Assembly: GCA_049964795.1 (NCBI GenBank)
Contig: JBMFWY010000003.1
Coordinates: forward strand, 1-57,947
Source of the DNA: Candidatus Micrarchaeia archaeon
GTDB taxonomy: Archaea; Micrarchaeota; Micrarchaeia; Micrarchaeales; Micrarchaeaceae
Reading direction: 5' to 3'
DNA: 57,947 nt
Of the stretch, positions 8,946-18,975 are shown piece by piece. The notes under the pieces were generated by a model. It did no database searches, was not told the DNA's origin, and worked only from the letters and a program-made list of their open reading frames with translations. How positions within the stretch are numbered: position 1 is the stretch's first letter; each line of letters starts with the position of its first letter. A program made the position numbers and the translations under genes.

Positions 8946-10268
8946 TTATTGCTTGCTGGAGTTTGCGGACTTCACGGCTTTTTCAAGTATGTCAAGGCCC
9001 TTTTCCATATTCGAATCGCTTATTGTTATCGGAGGTATTATTCTTATGGAGGATTCGCCTGCGGGCAAAAGCAGAAGGCCGTTGTTGAAAGCTTCTTCAA
9101 GTATCATTTCCCTTTCTTTTATTCCCGGCGCCTTGCTCTTTTTGTCGCGGACAATTTCTATTGCCTGCATCAAGCCTATGCCTCTTGCATCTCCCACTAT
9201 TTCGTATTTATCTTCCATTTCCTTGAGCCTCTTGAGCATGCGCTTGCCCTTTCTCTTTACTTCGCTTTCCAGCCTGCGCCTGTTCTTTGCTATAAACTTC
9301 AAGGAGGCGAGGGCTGCGGCAACGCTTACGAGATTGCCTCCGAAAGTATTTGCGTGCGATCCTGAAGGGATATCGCCAAAAGATTTGCTCACGATTGTGG
9401 CGCCTATTGGCAAGCCTGCGCCAAGCGACTTTGCCATGGTGTATATATCAGCTGTAACTCCAAAATTGTCAAGCGCAAGGAACTTGCCCGTTCGCATGTA
9501 TCCGGATTGCACTTCATCGGCCACAAGAAGCATGCCGTTGTCTTCGGTTATCTTTTTAATCTCCTTGAAATAATCTGGAGGAGGCACTATATAACCGCCT
9601 TCGCCTTGTATTGGTTCAATGAAGAATGCAGAAACTTCCTTGGGGCTGACTTCTTTTGAAAGAGGGTACTTCTTTATGTAATCCACGCATGCAAATCCGC
9701 AACCGGGATATGAAAGATTGAATGGGCACCTGTAGCAATAGGCAAACGGGACATGTATGACCCCCGGAAAAGGCCCGAAATTGGCGCGCTGGATGCTTTT
9801 TGAAGCTGTGAGTCCCAGCGAGCCCTTCGTCCTGCCGTGGAATGCGCCGTAAAAGGCAAGGATGTGGCTTCTCTTTGTATATAGCTGCGCAAATTTTATC
9901 GCCGCTTCGTTGGCTTCTGTGCCAGAGTTTGACAGGAAAAGCTTTCCGAAACCCTTTGGAAACATGCGAATTAATTCCTCGCCAAACTTCACTGGCAATT
10001 CGGAATAATAATCCGTAAAGGCGGCATGCATAAGCTTGTCTACCTGCGCTTTTACCGCATTTCTTACGCTGGCATTAGCATTTACGCCTATATTGTAAAC
10101 TGAGATATAGCTGGCGAAATCTATGAATTTATTGCCCTCAATATCATAGGAGTAATCCCCCTCCCCATGATCAGCAACAAACGGATAAGACTCTCTTGTT
10201 GTAGTTAGGAATATCCTCTTATCCCTTTCTATTACGCTCCTTATCCTCTTGGTTATCTTTACAGCCAT
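8946..10268 (-). CDS. class III PLP aminotransferase (ornithine/acetylornithine/4-aminobutyrate type)
   Basis: NSGTEANE, FHGRT, EPIQGEGG, DEVQSG, MAKSLGAG and HANTFGGN motifs. Confidence 0.9.
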   Translation of the reverse strand: MAVKITKRIRSVIERDKRIFLTTTRESYPFVADHGEGDYSYDIEGNKFIDFASYISVYNIGVNANASVRNAVKAQVDKLMHAAFTDYYSELPVKFGEELIRMFPKGFGKLFLSNSGTEANEAAIKFAQLYTKRSHILAFYGAFHGRTKGSLGLTASKSIQRANFGPFPGVIHVPFAYCYRCPFNLSYPGCGFACVDYIKKYPLSKEVSPKEVSAFFIEPIQGEGGYIVPPPDYFKEIKKITEDNGMLLVADEVQSGYMRTGKFLALDNFGVTADIYTMAKSLGAGLPIGATIVSKSFGDIPSGSHANTFGGNLVSVAAALASLKFIAKNRRRLESEVKRKGKRMLKRLKEMEDKYEIVGDARGIGLMQAIEIVRDKKSKAPGIKEREMILEEAFNNGLLLLPAGESSIRIIPPITISDSNMEKGLDILEKAVKSANSSKQ

Positions 10269-10366
10269 TATATCGCCGAAACGCTGCGCATGCAACTGCA
10301 CTGAGCATCGCACTTTGCTTTCGCGCCTTTTGACTTTTCTACTAAATCAATACGCTTGATGTAATT

Positions 10367-11776
10367 TTATATTATCTTCTTCTTGTACTTGGAATAACTT
10401 ACAAGAGCGTTAAGCGATTTTGCTGCGAGCTCTTCCGAATCGTACACAGGCACACCTGAGCTTTCCATCATATCTTTGTGGACTTGGGTGTAGCTGCCTC
10501 CTGGGCTTATTACTACCAAAGGCTTCGAAAATTCCGTGCCGTAGCGTATCAGCATTGATGCAACCCTGGAATCGGCTCCGGGAGTCTGAAATAGCACTAT
10601 TGCCATTACTGCATCCACATTTGGATCTTTTATTACAGTGTCGAGTGCAGATGCGAACCTTTTGTCATCCGCGTCGCCCCCTATGTCAAGAGGAAACTTT
10701 ATGTTTACTATTGGTGGCATTGATTTGCGAAGCGTTTTTTTCGATTCTTCAGAAAGCTCCGCCATGACAAGACCGTTTTTGTACAGCGCATCGGTAGCAA
10801 GTACTCCCATGCCTCCACCGTTTGTAATAAGCCCTACCCTGTTGCCTGTTGTGAGCGGCTGAGTGTCAAATATCTTTGCGTAAGCTATAAGCTCATCGAG
10901 ATTATTGGCTTCAACAAAACCAAACTGCTTGAAAACTGCATCATAAGACTCGCTGCTTCCCGCAAGCGCAGCAGTATGGGAATGCGCTGCCGAAGCGCCT
11001 TCGGAGGTCTTGCCACCCTTTATAACAAGCACGGGCTTATTCATCGTAGCTTTTTTGGCGACTTCTATGAATTCCTTGCCCCTCTTTACGCCTTCAAGGT
11101 AAAATACGATAATCTTGGTATCCTTGTCTGTTGAAAGGTAATGCAATATGTCCGTTTCATCCACAACCGCTGCGTTGCCGTATGAGATAAACTTTGACAT
11201 CCCAAACCCTTCGTGGGAGATTATGTCTAGTATAAGGCTCCCAACCGCACCGCTTTGCGAGGCAAAGCTTACTCCTCCTATCTTTGGCTTGTCAAGCTTG
11301 AAGGTTGGGAGGTACAGCGTGTCTATTCTAGAACGCATGTCCATTACACCAAGGCAGTTAGGGCCTATTACAGGCAGTGAATATTTTTTCGCTATGCTTT
11401 CAAGATCTTGTTGCCTTTGTATTTCGCCCACTTCCGCAAAGCCGCTGCTCACTATTATTACGCCTTTGACATGCGCCTTGCCACATTCTTCGACTACCTG
11501 ATTTACATACTGCGCGGGCACGGCAATTACCGCAAGGTCCACCTTGTCCTTTATCTCGAGTATGCTTTTGTAGGTTTGCATGCCAAGGATTTTGCCTTCA
11601 TAATTGTTGTTTATAGGATAAAGCCTGCCTGAATAGCCCACATCGAGATAATTCTGAAGTATTACATGACCTACCTTTTCCGGATTTGCAGAAGCGCCTA
11701 CTATCGCGACGCTCTTAGGATTCAATATAGGATCCAGATTCGCATACAGTTTTTCTTTACCCTCCGTAAAATCCAC
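10367..11776 (-). CDS. acdA: ADP-forming acetate/acyl-CoA ligase, alpha subunit
   Basis: PKSVAIVGAS, GPNCLG, SQSGA, phospho-His motif SHTAALAG, and TNGGG. Confidence 0.92.
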   Translation of the reverse strand: MDFTEGKEKLYANLDPILNPKSVAIVGASANPEKVGHVILQNYLDVGYSGRLYPINNNYEGKILGMQTYKSILEIKDKVDLAVIAVPAQYVNQVVEECGKAHVKGVIIVSSGFAEVGEIQRQQDLESIAKKYSLPVIGPNCLGVMDMRSRIDTLYLPTFKLDKPKIGGVSFASQSGAVGSLILDIISHEGFGMSKFISYGNAAVVDETDILHYLSTDKDTKIIVFYLEGVKRGKEFIEVAKKATMNKPVLVIKGGKTSEGASAAHSHTAALAGSSESYDAVFKQFGFVEANNLDELIAYAKIFDTQPLTTGNRVGLITNGGGMGVLATDALYKNGLVMAELSEESKKTLRKSMPPIVNIKFPLDIGGDADDKRFASALDTVIKDPNVDAVMAIVLFQTPGADSRVASMLIRYGTEFSKPLVVISPGGSYTQVHKDMMESSGVPVYDSEELAAKSLNALVSYSKYKKKII

Positions 11777-11848
11777 CTTTTAAAGCATTAATTGCGCACT
11801 TCATGCATTGCTATTTGCTTGCTTTGTTGGTCTTTGCCACTTGTTTCT

Positions 11849-12472
11849 TTATTTCATTACCCTTAGATCTACTGCAACATAGCCATTGCTGTGCAATATG
11901 ATTGGGTTTAAGTCAAGCTCACTTATGTCATTTTCCATAATCATTTTTGAAGCTCTCATGAGCAAAGATTCTACCATGCTGGCAGACTCAGGACTTGAAG
12001 CGATTATGCTGCGCGACTTGAGCTGGCTTATCATACTCTTTGCATCATAGCTGCTTATAGGGCATACTCTTAAGGCAACATCCTTGAAAGCTTCGACATA
12101 GATTCCGCCGAGCCCTAAGAGTATAAGCTTGCCAAATTGTGGGTCGGTCTTTCCGCCTACTATGATTTCTATACCATTTGGTGCCATTTCCTGCGCCAGT
12201 ATCCTGTAGTCCTTAAGCTTAAGCGCCTTGGCCTGCTTTTCGAGATATGAGAATGCGTCAATTATTTTATCTTCGTTGTATAGGTTAAGCTTTACAAGCC
12301 CGCTCTTTGACTTGTGCAGTGCTTGTTGCGAAAGAACTTTCATCACTATAGGCTTGCCGCCAGAAAAGCTTACTGCCTCTTCCCCACTTTTTATATATGC
12401 ACTCCTTGCGGTTTTTATCCCGTATTTGCGCAGCATTTTTTCCGCTTCCAAATAGTCTAATAGTACAACCAT
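11849..12472 (-). CDS. acdB: ADP-forming acetate/acyl-CoA ligase, beta (ATP-grasp) subunit
   Basis: HKSKSGLV, DPQFG, LGGIYVE and ELDLNP motifs. ATG 12472 follows GGTGG. Confidence 0.9.
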   Translation of the reverse strand: MVVLLDYLEAEKMLRKYGIKTARSAYIKSGEEAVSFSGGKPIVMKVLSQQALHKSKSGLVKLNLYNEDKIIDAFSYLEKQAKALKLKDYRILAQEMAPNGIEIIVGGKTDPQFGKLILLGLGGIYVEAFKDVALRVCPISSYDAKSMISQLKSRSIIASSPESASMVESLLMRASKMIMENDISELDLNPIILHSNGYVAVDLRVMK

Positions 12473-12537
12473 TCCACCATCCTCATTTGTGCATGCACAC
12501 AATAAACGCGGCGCACGCCTGCCCAAAACAGATTACG

Positions 12538-13293
12538 CTAGATTATCTTCATCTTTAACAGTATTATCAGCACTACAAGCACTAATATAATTGCAAACTC
12601 TATAGCCATATCGCGCTTTGCCTTTCTCTTTTTTGCATCACTTATTATTTTTTCAACTTCGCTCACGGGCTGCGCTTGCGGGGAAGAAGGCGCAATTCCC
12701 ATATCGGCATTAGGCTGCATGTTGTTTTGCTGAGCACCAATCTGTACTTGACCAGCAGGTGGAGGAGCAGGCGCTTGCAATGTCCCAGAAGCAGGAGCTT
12801 GCGGTGCAGGCTGAGGGCTTGGCGTTGCAGGCTTGGGCATGCCTTCCTTTACCTGAAGGAATCCTTTTTCGGTAAGTGCTATGTCGAGAAGCCCATTCCT
12901 GAAATCTGAAGTTATATACTGCATCTTGAGCAGCTTGTAAAGATGCAGTGCCATGTCACGGGGGCGAAGATTCACTGCGCCGCTTAGATCTGCAAGCGTC
13001 TTCTTGCCTCCGAAAAGCTGCGTCAGCAGCGTAAGATCAAGCGGATCAAAAGCTTCCTTAGATTTTGCTTCCGCCTCGCTCAGAAGCTGCTTGCCTGCTT
13101 CGGTTACGGTAATTGCGCTCTGGCCTGGAAAAGAAGTGGTAAAATCTATGAGCCCTTTTACCTTTAGAGTGCCAAGTATGTTAGATGCATCGAAGAATGA
13201 AGAATTTATCATGCCTCCGAACTTTTCGACCACGCTGTCTGGCCCTATCTTGGAAAGCGCCATTATGTCTACAAAGTTTATTTCGTCTGACAT
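12538..13293 (-). CDS. hypothetical protein: tandem winged-helix-like domains, Pro/Gln/Ala linker and C-terminal TM anchor
   Basis: Two wing-like motifs (ITVTEAGK, IALTEKGF), a low-complexity PAPQ linker, then KKRKAKR and a hydrophobic C-terminus. Confidence 0.7.
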   Translation of the reverse strand: MSDEINFVDIMALSKIGPDSVVEKFGGMINSSFFDASNILGTLKVKGLIDFTTSFPGQSAITVTEAGKQLLSEAEAKSKEAFDPLDLTLLTQLFGGKKTLADLSGAVNLRPRDMALHLYKLLKMQYITSDFRNGLLDIALTEKGFLQVKEGMPKPATPSPQPAPQAPASGTLQAPAPPPAGQVQIGAQQNNMQPNADMGIAPSSPQAQPVSEVEKIISDAKKRKAKRDMAIEFAIILVLVVLIILLKMKII

Positions 13294-13400
13294 CGCATCA
13301 CTATCTATAAGATGGCAACATTTATATATTTTAAACACTTTTCTTACGCTTGCAAGGTTTAGCAACGTTTTCTTGATTGCTAATTTGACAGATAGATAAA

Positions 13401-14654
13401 ATGAAAATAAAGCTTCTAGGTGGAGCACAGGAGGTAGGAAGATCCGGGCTCCTTGTAAAGGATTCAAAAACCTTTCTTTTTGATTACGGCATAAAGCTCG
13501 ACCACAAGACCGAGTACCCTCTGCAAACGGGAAGGATTGACGCGTTTCTTCTAAGCCATGCGCATCTTGACCACAGTGGGATGGCACCCGCCTTGTACAA
13601 CTCGATGCTGCCTAATTCATTTGGGACTGCACCTACTTTGGAGCTTTCAAAACTGCTGCTTAACGACGCCATGAAGATAGCGAGAAGGGAGCGCAGGCAG
13701 GAAAAATACCACAGGAGGCAGCTACACAATTTCGAAAAGCACTACACTAGCGTAGAATATGCTTCTGAAATTGAATATGGCGATTTCCTTATAGAATTCC
13801 ATGATGCAGGGCACATATCCGGAAGCGCTGGCATATTGCTTGAAAGGCTCGATGCTAAAGAGAACAAGCGGATACTTTATACAGGGGATTTTAAGCTGCA
13901 GCCTCAAACGCTACATTCTGGAGCAAAGATAGTAAAAAGCGACATTCTTGCGATAGAGTCTACTTATGCGTACAAAGACCATCCAGACAGGAAAGAGCTC
14001 ATAAGGGAATTCATAAAAAAGGTCAAGGAGATACTAGAAAATGGGGGCAATGTGCTGTTGCCTGTGTTCGCGGTTGGAAGGGGCCAGGAGATACTTTCGG
14101 TGCTGTACGAAAACGGGCTGGCGGAATCGGTTTATGTAGATGGAATGGTTAGAGAAGCCACACGCATAGTTGCTAGCTATCCAGATTTCATAAAAGATGC
14201 GCATTTGCTTAGAAAAGCTGTTGAGAGTGCAACTGTTATAGGAGACAGATCTGATAGGGACATAGCGCTGTCAGAGCCTTCAATAATACTTACCACCGCG
14301 GGCATGCTTAGCGGAGGACCAGTGCTCGACTATATAACAAAGCTTAACAGGAATTCCGAGATCCTTCTCACAGGCTACCAGATAGAAGGAACTAACGGCA
14401 GCACTCTTCTCAAGAACGGCTTTATAACAATCGATGGAAAAAGATCCAAGATAAGTAATAGAGTTACGTTGTATGATTTTTCGGCACATGCGGGCATGAC
14501 CGACTTGTACAAATATGTGAGGGAAAGCGCGCCAAATATCGTAATCTGCATGCATGGAAGCGAGGAGAACACAAAACTGTTTGCAGAAAATCTGCGTGGA
14601 GAGGGATTTGAAGCCTATGCGCCGAAGATAGGAGAGGAGATAGATCTGGCATGA
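13401..14654 (+). CDS. beta-CASP metallo-beta-lactamase ribonuclease (aCPSF2-like)
   Basis: LGGAQEVGRS, SHAHLDH, AGHISGS, YTGDF, ESTY and FSAHA motifs; no KH domains. Confidence 0.9.
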   Translation: MKIKLLGGAQEVGRSGLLVKDSKTFLFDYGIKLDHKTEYPLQTGRIDAFLLSHAHLDHSGMAPALYNSMLPNSFGTAPTLELSKLLLNDAMKIARRERRQEKYHRRQLHNFEKHYTSVEYASEIEYGDFLIEFHDAGHISGSAGILLERLDAKENKRILYTGDFKLQPQTLHSGAKIVKSDILAIESTYAYKDHPDRKELIREFIKKVKEILENGGNVLLPVFAVGRGQEILSVLYENGLAESVYVDGMVREATRIVASYPDFIKDAHLLRKAVESATVIGDRSDRDIALSEPSIILTTAGMLSGGPVLDYITKLNRNSEILLTGYQIEGTNGSTLLKNGFITIDGKRSKISNRVTLYDFSAHAGMTDLYKYVRESAPNIVICMHGSEENTKLFAENLRGEGFEAYAPKIGEEIDLA

Positions 14655-14664
14655 AACAGGAGCT

Positions 14665-15342
14665 TTATACCTCTATCACAGGCTGGCTATTTCCTGAATC
14701 TTCCGCCTCTCCCACAACTTTTCCTAAAATTTCAGAATGAATGCCGAATTTTTCCTTTACTCTTGAATACTTTGGCTCTAGAGTACTTATTAATTTGGAA
14801 ATGTGCGCAGACCTTTTCTTTTTGATGAAACGGAATATGCCAGAATTGCTTTTTTCAAGCTCTTCATACAATGCAGTGAGCCTTCTGTCATAATAGTATA
14901 GCAATCTCTTGTAGCGGGAGCTTTTTGCTGAGAGCTTGCGCAGGATTACTTGTCTGTGCCTTTCCGCAGTTTCTACGCTTCCGGGCCAAGAAAGAAGGCC
15001 GGTCACAATGAGAAGAGCAGCATCCTTATCAAAAGTCTTGGAATAAAAATATGCTATTGATTCCAAGGATCTTACAAACTTTTTAGCATCATCCACCTGA
15101 AGCATGTTTATGCTCGAGATAAACTTGTCCATAGAATGATAATCGTATTTGAATCCTGGCAATATATCTTCCATTTTGGCTAGATGCGCTTCCACAAGCT
15201 TTATTTTGGCCTGTTGAGGTATTCGCAGGCGCCAATCGCCGTAGGATATGTTCCTTAGCGCACGCTCTACCATCCCTACCGATTTCACGTCTGATGAATA
15301 GCTATTGCTGTCTTGATTTTTAGTCGCAAAGGAGCTGGTCAT
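14665..15342 (-). CDS. hypothetical helical protein
   Basis: Long ORF filling the gap; ATG 15342 follows GTGGT. No motif recognised. Confidence 0.6.
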   Translation of the reverse strand: MTSSFATKNQDSNSYSSDVKSVGMVERALRNISYGDWRLRIPQQAKIKLVEAHLAKMEDILPGFKYDYHSMDKFISSINMLQVDDAKKFVRSLESIAYFYSKTFDKDAALLIVTGLLSWPGSVETAERHRQVILRKLSAKSSRYKRLLYYYDRRLTALYEELEKSNSGIFRFIKKKRSAHISKLISTLEPKYSRVKEKFGIHSEILGKVVGEAEDSGNSQPVIEV

Positions 15343-15450
15343 TTTACCACTTGATGCAAAAAGGTTGAAAAAATATTGAATGAAACAATTTATATTTTGT
15401 TTGCATGAAGGCACGGCAGGAACTTTATGTAAGCAGGCATTCAAGATAAA

Positions 15451-16158
15451 CTATTTGCCATGCAAAACAAAATCCTTTATGATCTCGCTTCCTTCTATAA
15501 AGACAAAGCCTTTCCTTTTTGCATAACGTATTGCATCCTTCTTTGAAAGGGAATGCCCGTCATCGCCGAGCATTTCGACTATTGTGGCTGAGGGGGTTAT
15601 GCCCGCTTTGTAGGCAAGATAAGTAGAAAGCTCGGTATGCCCTTTTCGCGAGCTGAGCAGGCCTTTTGCTGCGATTAATGTAAACACATGCCCGGGAGAC
15701 CTAAAATTCCTGCCAAAATCTTTCCTGAGCTGCGTGCTTGGCTTTCCGCCTTGCAAAACTGCTTTTTTCACTATCTTTGAAAACTCTGATATGGTCAAAG
15801 CCCTGTCAACATCAGGTATTCCTGTAAAGGTCTTCCTGTGATTTATTGTTATAGAAAACGAAGATTTCTCTCCGTAAGGTATGTCGTTTGGATACAGGCT
15901 TTTCACAAAAGGCATCCTGCTCCTTTTGTATATATTGAGCAAATAGTCAAGTCCTAGCGCAGATGCGGCAGTATAAGGCATGGTGATGCATATAAGCCCT
16001 CCTCCCTCTTTCCTCATCATCCTTATTGAATGAGGAGTAACAAATTCCGAGCCTATTACTATATCAGTCTCTCCTTCTCTTTTCTCCGAATCGAAGATTA
16101 ACACGGGTTCCCCTTTTCCCAATGCGCCTATGGCTTTTTGGAGAATTGTACTTCGCAT
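15451..16158 (-). CDS. ribB: 3,4-dihydroxy-2-butanone-4-phosphate synthase (archaeal type)
   Basis: DSEKREGETD, GGGLIC, TGIPDVDRA, FRSPGHV and RKGHTE motifs. Confidence 0.93.
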   Translation of the reverse strand: MRSTILQKAIGALGKGEPVLIFDSEKREGETDIVIGSEFVTPHSIRMMRKEGGGLICITMPYTAASALGLDYLLNIYKRSRMPFVKSLYPNDIPYGEKSSFSITINHRKTFTGIPDVDRALTISEFSKIVKKAVLQGGKPSTQLRKDFGRNFRSPGHVFTLIAAKGLLSSRKGHTELSTYLAYKAGITPSATIVEMLGDDGHSLSKKDAIRYAKRKGFVFIEGSEIIKDFVLHGK

Positions 16159-16257
16159 GGTTAAGTCACACATGCCAGATATAATAAGGTAATTGCCAAG
16201 TTTAATTTATGCTATTACATCTTTTGCAAATACCTAGTCTTGATTCAATGAATGTTT

Positions 16258-16288
16258 TGAAAGAAAAAGAAAAAAGAAAGAAAAAGAG
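16258..16288 (-). terminator. oligo-T archaeal-type terminator after the DUF981-like gene
   Basis: Long T-rich tract on the minus strand immediately after the stop codon. Confidence 0.5.
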
Positions 16289-16289
16289 T

Positions 16290-16856
16290 TTACGGTGGAG
16301 ATCCAAGATGCGAATATATGCCTGCGTATCCTATGAATAGTGCAAGAAACGCGGTTATTATGAGCAGCGCGAAGAGAAAGTAGTACGCATATCTTCCGCT
16401 GCCTTTTGCGTTTGCATACACCAATGGCGAGAATATTCCGGAAAGGGCCGCGAATAGGTAAAGGCTAAACGCTGGGAGAAAATACTGGCCGGATTCCAGA
16501 TTGAATGCCGCCATGCCCAGGGCTTCCACTGCAAGATATATACCAAGGAAAAAGCCGAAGATTGACAAGCTGTTTATGCTTATGTTCTTGGTATGCATGT
16601 ACGCGCCTGCCATCATTATAAGGCCGAGCATTAGAAGTGGGTCTCCGAACAGCATGTTGTACGCCCCAGGAAGCGGCCACATGAAGGACATCATGAACCC
16701 GCTTATGAAGTTGAAAAAGCCCAGTACGAATATAGGAGGCACGAGGCTGCTGATCCATTTCTTGTTCATCCCTTTAGCAAGGAGATAGAGTGCTAGGAAT
16801 ATAGAGCTCAGCCCCAGGCTGAGCAGCATCACGGTCAAAGGATCCACGAATGCCAT
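16290..16856 (-). CDS. DUF981-like membrane protein
   Basis: FVDPLTVML start and WPLPGAYNMLFGDP motif; about 6 TM helices. Confidence 0.8.
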   Translation of the reverse strand: MAFVDPLTVMLLSLGLSSIFLALYLLAKGMNKKWISSLVPPIFVLGFFNFISGFMMSFMWPLPGAYNMLFGDPLLMLGLIMMAGAYMHTKNISINSLSIFGFFLGIYLAVEALGMAAFNLESGQYFLPAFSLYLFAALSGIFSPLVYANAKGSGRYAYYFLFALLIITAFLALFIGYAGIYSHLGSPP

Positions 16857-16930
16857 ATAATCACTTTTAATTTATTTACTATAAACTCGTTATACTTAAA
16901 AAGCTTTGCAAACGATTTATTGTGGGTTTT

Positions 16931-17803
16931 ATGATAGCGTGGTACTATCTGGTAATAATATCCTCCATATTTATGGGTGCATCTACTCTTCTAGAAAAAA
17001 AGACCCTGAAAAAAGAGCATGCTGCAGCTTATAGCTCTGCAGTTATGATAGTCGTACTTCCGCTTACCCTGCTGCTTCTTCCACTGGCAAAATTCAATAT
17101 CAATTTTTATGAGCTGCTTATAATCTATGTAATAAGCGTGCTTTCAACAATAACATATGTGTTGACTGCTAGGGTATTTAGGCACGGAAATATCTCAATC
17201 GCCTCTCCATTATTCAGCTCGCTTCCCGTAGTATTCACTGTGCTGTTTGCATTTTTGTTCCTAGATGAAAAGCTTTCAACAATCCAATATGTGAGCGTTG
17301 CGGCGCTTGTAGTCGCTTCATACTTCATGATTTTTGGCACGGGCAATAATGTGCAAAAAGGTTACGGCAAAAACAAATACGTTACAATTCTGCTGTTTGA
17401 CACTATACTTATGGCAATAGGCGCCATATTTCTGAAGTACCTTTTCATACTTGGGGTGAATGTATTTGGGTATTTCATAATAGACGAATATTTTATGGCT
17501 TTTAACATATTGGCATTGATGATATTGCGCTATGGGGGCATGAATGAGGTAATCCAAAATATAAAGAGATATAAGTTGCCGATATTCTCAATTGCGGTGC
17601 TTACGATAGCATATAGGGTTACGAACTACCTTGCCATATCATATGCATATGTAAGTTTGACTTCGCCGCTGCGCAACAGCATAAACGTGCTGATTACCGT
17701 TTTGATAGGGGGAATTATGTTTGGGGAGAGGAACCTCAAGAGGAAATTGCTGCTATCGGCGCTTATAGTAGTAGCGGCTTACACGCTTATATCTTTTAAT
17801 TGA
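16931..17803 (+). CDS. EamA/DMT-family transporter
   Basis: About 10 TM helices in two repeats (ISIASPL...FLFLDEKL and VSLTSPL...MFGERNL). Confidence 0.85.
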   Translation: MIAWYYLVIISSIFMGASTLLEKKTLKKEHAAAYSSAVMIVVLPLTLLLLPLAKFNINFYELLIIYVISVLSTITYVLTARVFRHGNISIASPLFSSLPVVFTVLFAFLFLDEKLSTIQYVSVAALVVASYFMIFGTGNNVQKGYGKNKYVTILLFDTILMAIGAIFLKYLFILGVNVFGYFIIDEYFMAFNILALMILRYGGMNEVIQNIKRYKLPIFSIAVLTIAYRVTNYLAISYAYVSLTSPLRNSINVLITVLIGGIMFGERNLKRKLLLSALIVVAAYTLISFN

Positions 17804-17817
17804 TTTGAAGTGTTGCT

Positions 17818-18531
17818 ATGACGGAAAAAATATACCTTGAAGACGCATATGCAAAGGAATTCGATGCCGTGGTAGTGGAGAGGAAAGGCAATGCCTTAAT
17901 TTTAGACAGGACAGTTTTTTACCCGACGGGAGGAGGCCAGCCTTGTGATACAGGAGTAATAGAAAGCAATGAAAAAACTTACAAAGTAATAGAAACAAAA
18001 AAGGAGGGGGAAGAAGTGCTCCATGTAATCGAAGGGGAAGCAAACCTCAATCCAAGAGATAGCGTCCATGGCAGAATAGACTGGGAGAGAAGATATATGC
18101 ACATGCGCCTTCATACGGCCATACATGTGCTTGATGCGGTTATGGAGAAGAGGAACGCGGGCGTGATAACAGGCAGCCAGATATATGACGACAGGGCTAG
18201 AGTGGATTTTAATCTACCTGAGATGAATAGGGAGGTTGCGTCAAAAATACTAGAGGATACTCAAAAGGTTATAGATGAAGGAAGGAAGGTCTATCCTAAA
18301 GTGCTTAAGAAAGATGAAGCCTTGGGCATAGAAAACCTTTCTAGGACAGAGCCAGGAAGGAAGCTACTTGAAAGCCTTGAGGAAGTAAGGGTAATAGTGA
18401 TAGAAGGGTTTGACATGCAGATGGACGGAGGCACCCACGTTTCTAATACTAAAGAAATAGGGAAGCTTGTGCTTGCAAAATTCGAAAACAAGGGCTCGCA
18501 CAACAAAAGGATAGAGATAACCTTGCTATGA
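17818..18531 (+). CDS. alaXM: AlaX-M alanyl-tRNA editing protein
   Basis: LDRTVFYPTGGGQPCD, HTAIH and DGGTHV motifs. Confidence 0.92.
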   Translation: MTEKIYLEDAYAKEFDAVVVERKGNALILDRTVFYPTGGGQPCDTGVIESNEKTYKVIETKKEGEEVLHVIEGEANLNPRDSVHGRIDWERRYMHMRLHTAIHVLDAVMEKRNAGVITGSQIYDDRARVDFNLPEMNREVASKILEDTQKVIDEGRKVYPKVLKKDEALGIENLSRTEPGRKLLESLEEVRVIVIEGFDMQMDGGTHVSNTKEIGKLVLAKFENKGSHNKRIEITLL

Positions 18532-18558
18532 AACGGCAAGAGGGAGCGTGCCAAAAGC

Positions 18559-18960
18559 CTAGAGCTGTTTTGTGGCGTTGTCGGGCTTCTTGTGCTCGCT
18601 TATGAATACTGCTTCCTTCAGCGTGCGAAGCGAAAGAGTGGCGCATTTGAGCCTTGCAGGACCAGGGTCTAAGCCTATAAGGTCTATTATGTCTTTTACA
18701 CCCATTTTCTCCACCTCAGCTAGGCTCTTGCCTTTTACCATATCTGTAAGCATGCTGGCGCTCGCCATGCTTATTGCGCAGCCGTCTCCTTCAAACTTGA
18801 TGTCTGAGATCTTGCCATTTTTTATCTTGAGGTAAAGGGTCAACTCGTCCCCGCAAGTTGGATTGTATTCATGATGCTTTACCGAGGGTTTTTCCAGCTT
18901 CCCCTTGTTGTGGGGATGCTCGTAATTCGATATTATCTGCTCTGCAAACAAGTTGTCCAT
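18559..18960 (-). CDS. sufU: SufU/IscU-type Fe-S assembly protein
   Basis: NPTCGD, GCAISMAS and RLKCA (three conserved Cys). Confidence 0.92.
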   Translation of the reverse strand: MDNLFAEQIISNYEHPHNKGKLEKPSVKHHEYNPTCGDELTLYLKIKNGKISDIKFEGDGCAISMASASMLTDMVKGKSLAEVEKMGVKDIIDLIGLDPGPARLKCATLSLRTLKEAVFISEHKKPDNATKQL

Positions 18961-18975
18961 CTGTCGCACCTTTAT

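Noticed and set aside
11765-11776. Possible second ACG start for acdA (GGTGG-ATTTT-ACG)
   Set aside because: An in-frame GTG exists at 11776; the sequence alone cannot discriminate between them.
13294-13587. N-terminal extension of the 349-aa ORF overlapping the beta-CASP gene
   Set aside because: It overlaps a divergent gene and promoter; ATG 13293 with a GTGAT SD is more plausible.
18415-18440. AlaX zinc motif DGGTH instead of CGGTH
   Set aside because: From recall, Asp at this position occurs in other archaeal AlaX-M proteins, so it is not evidence of inactivation.
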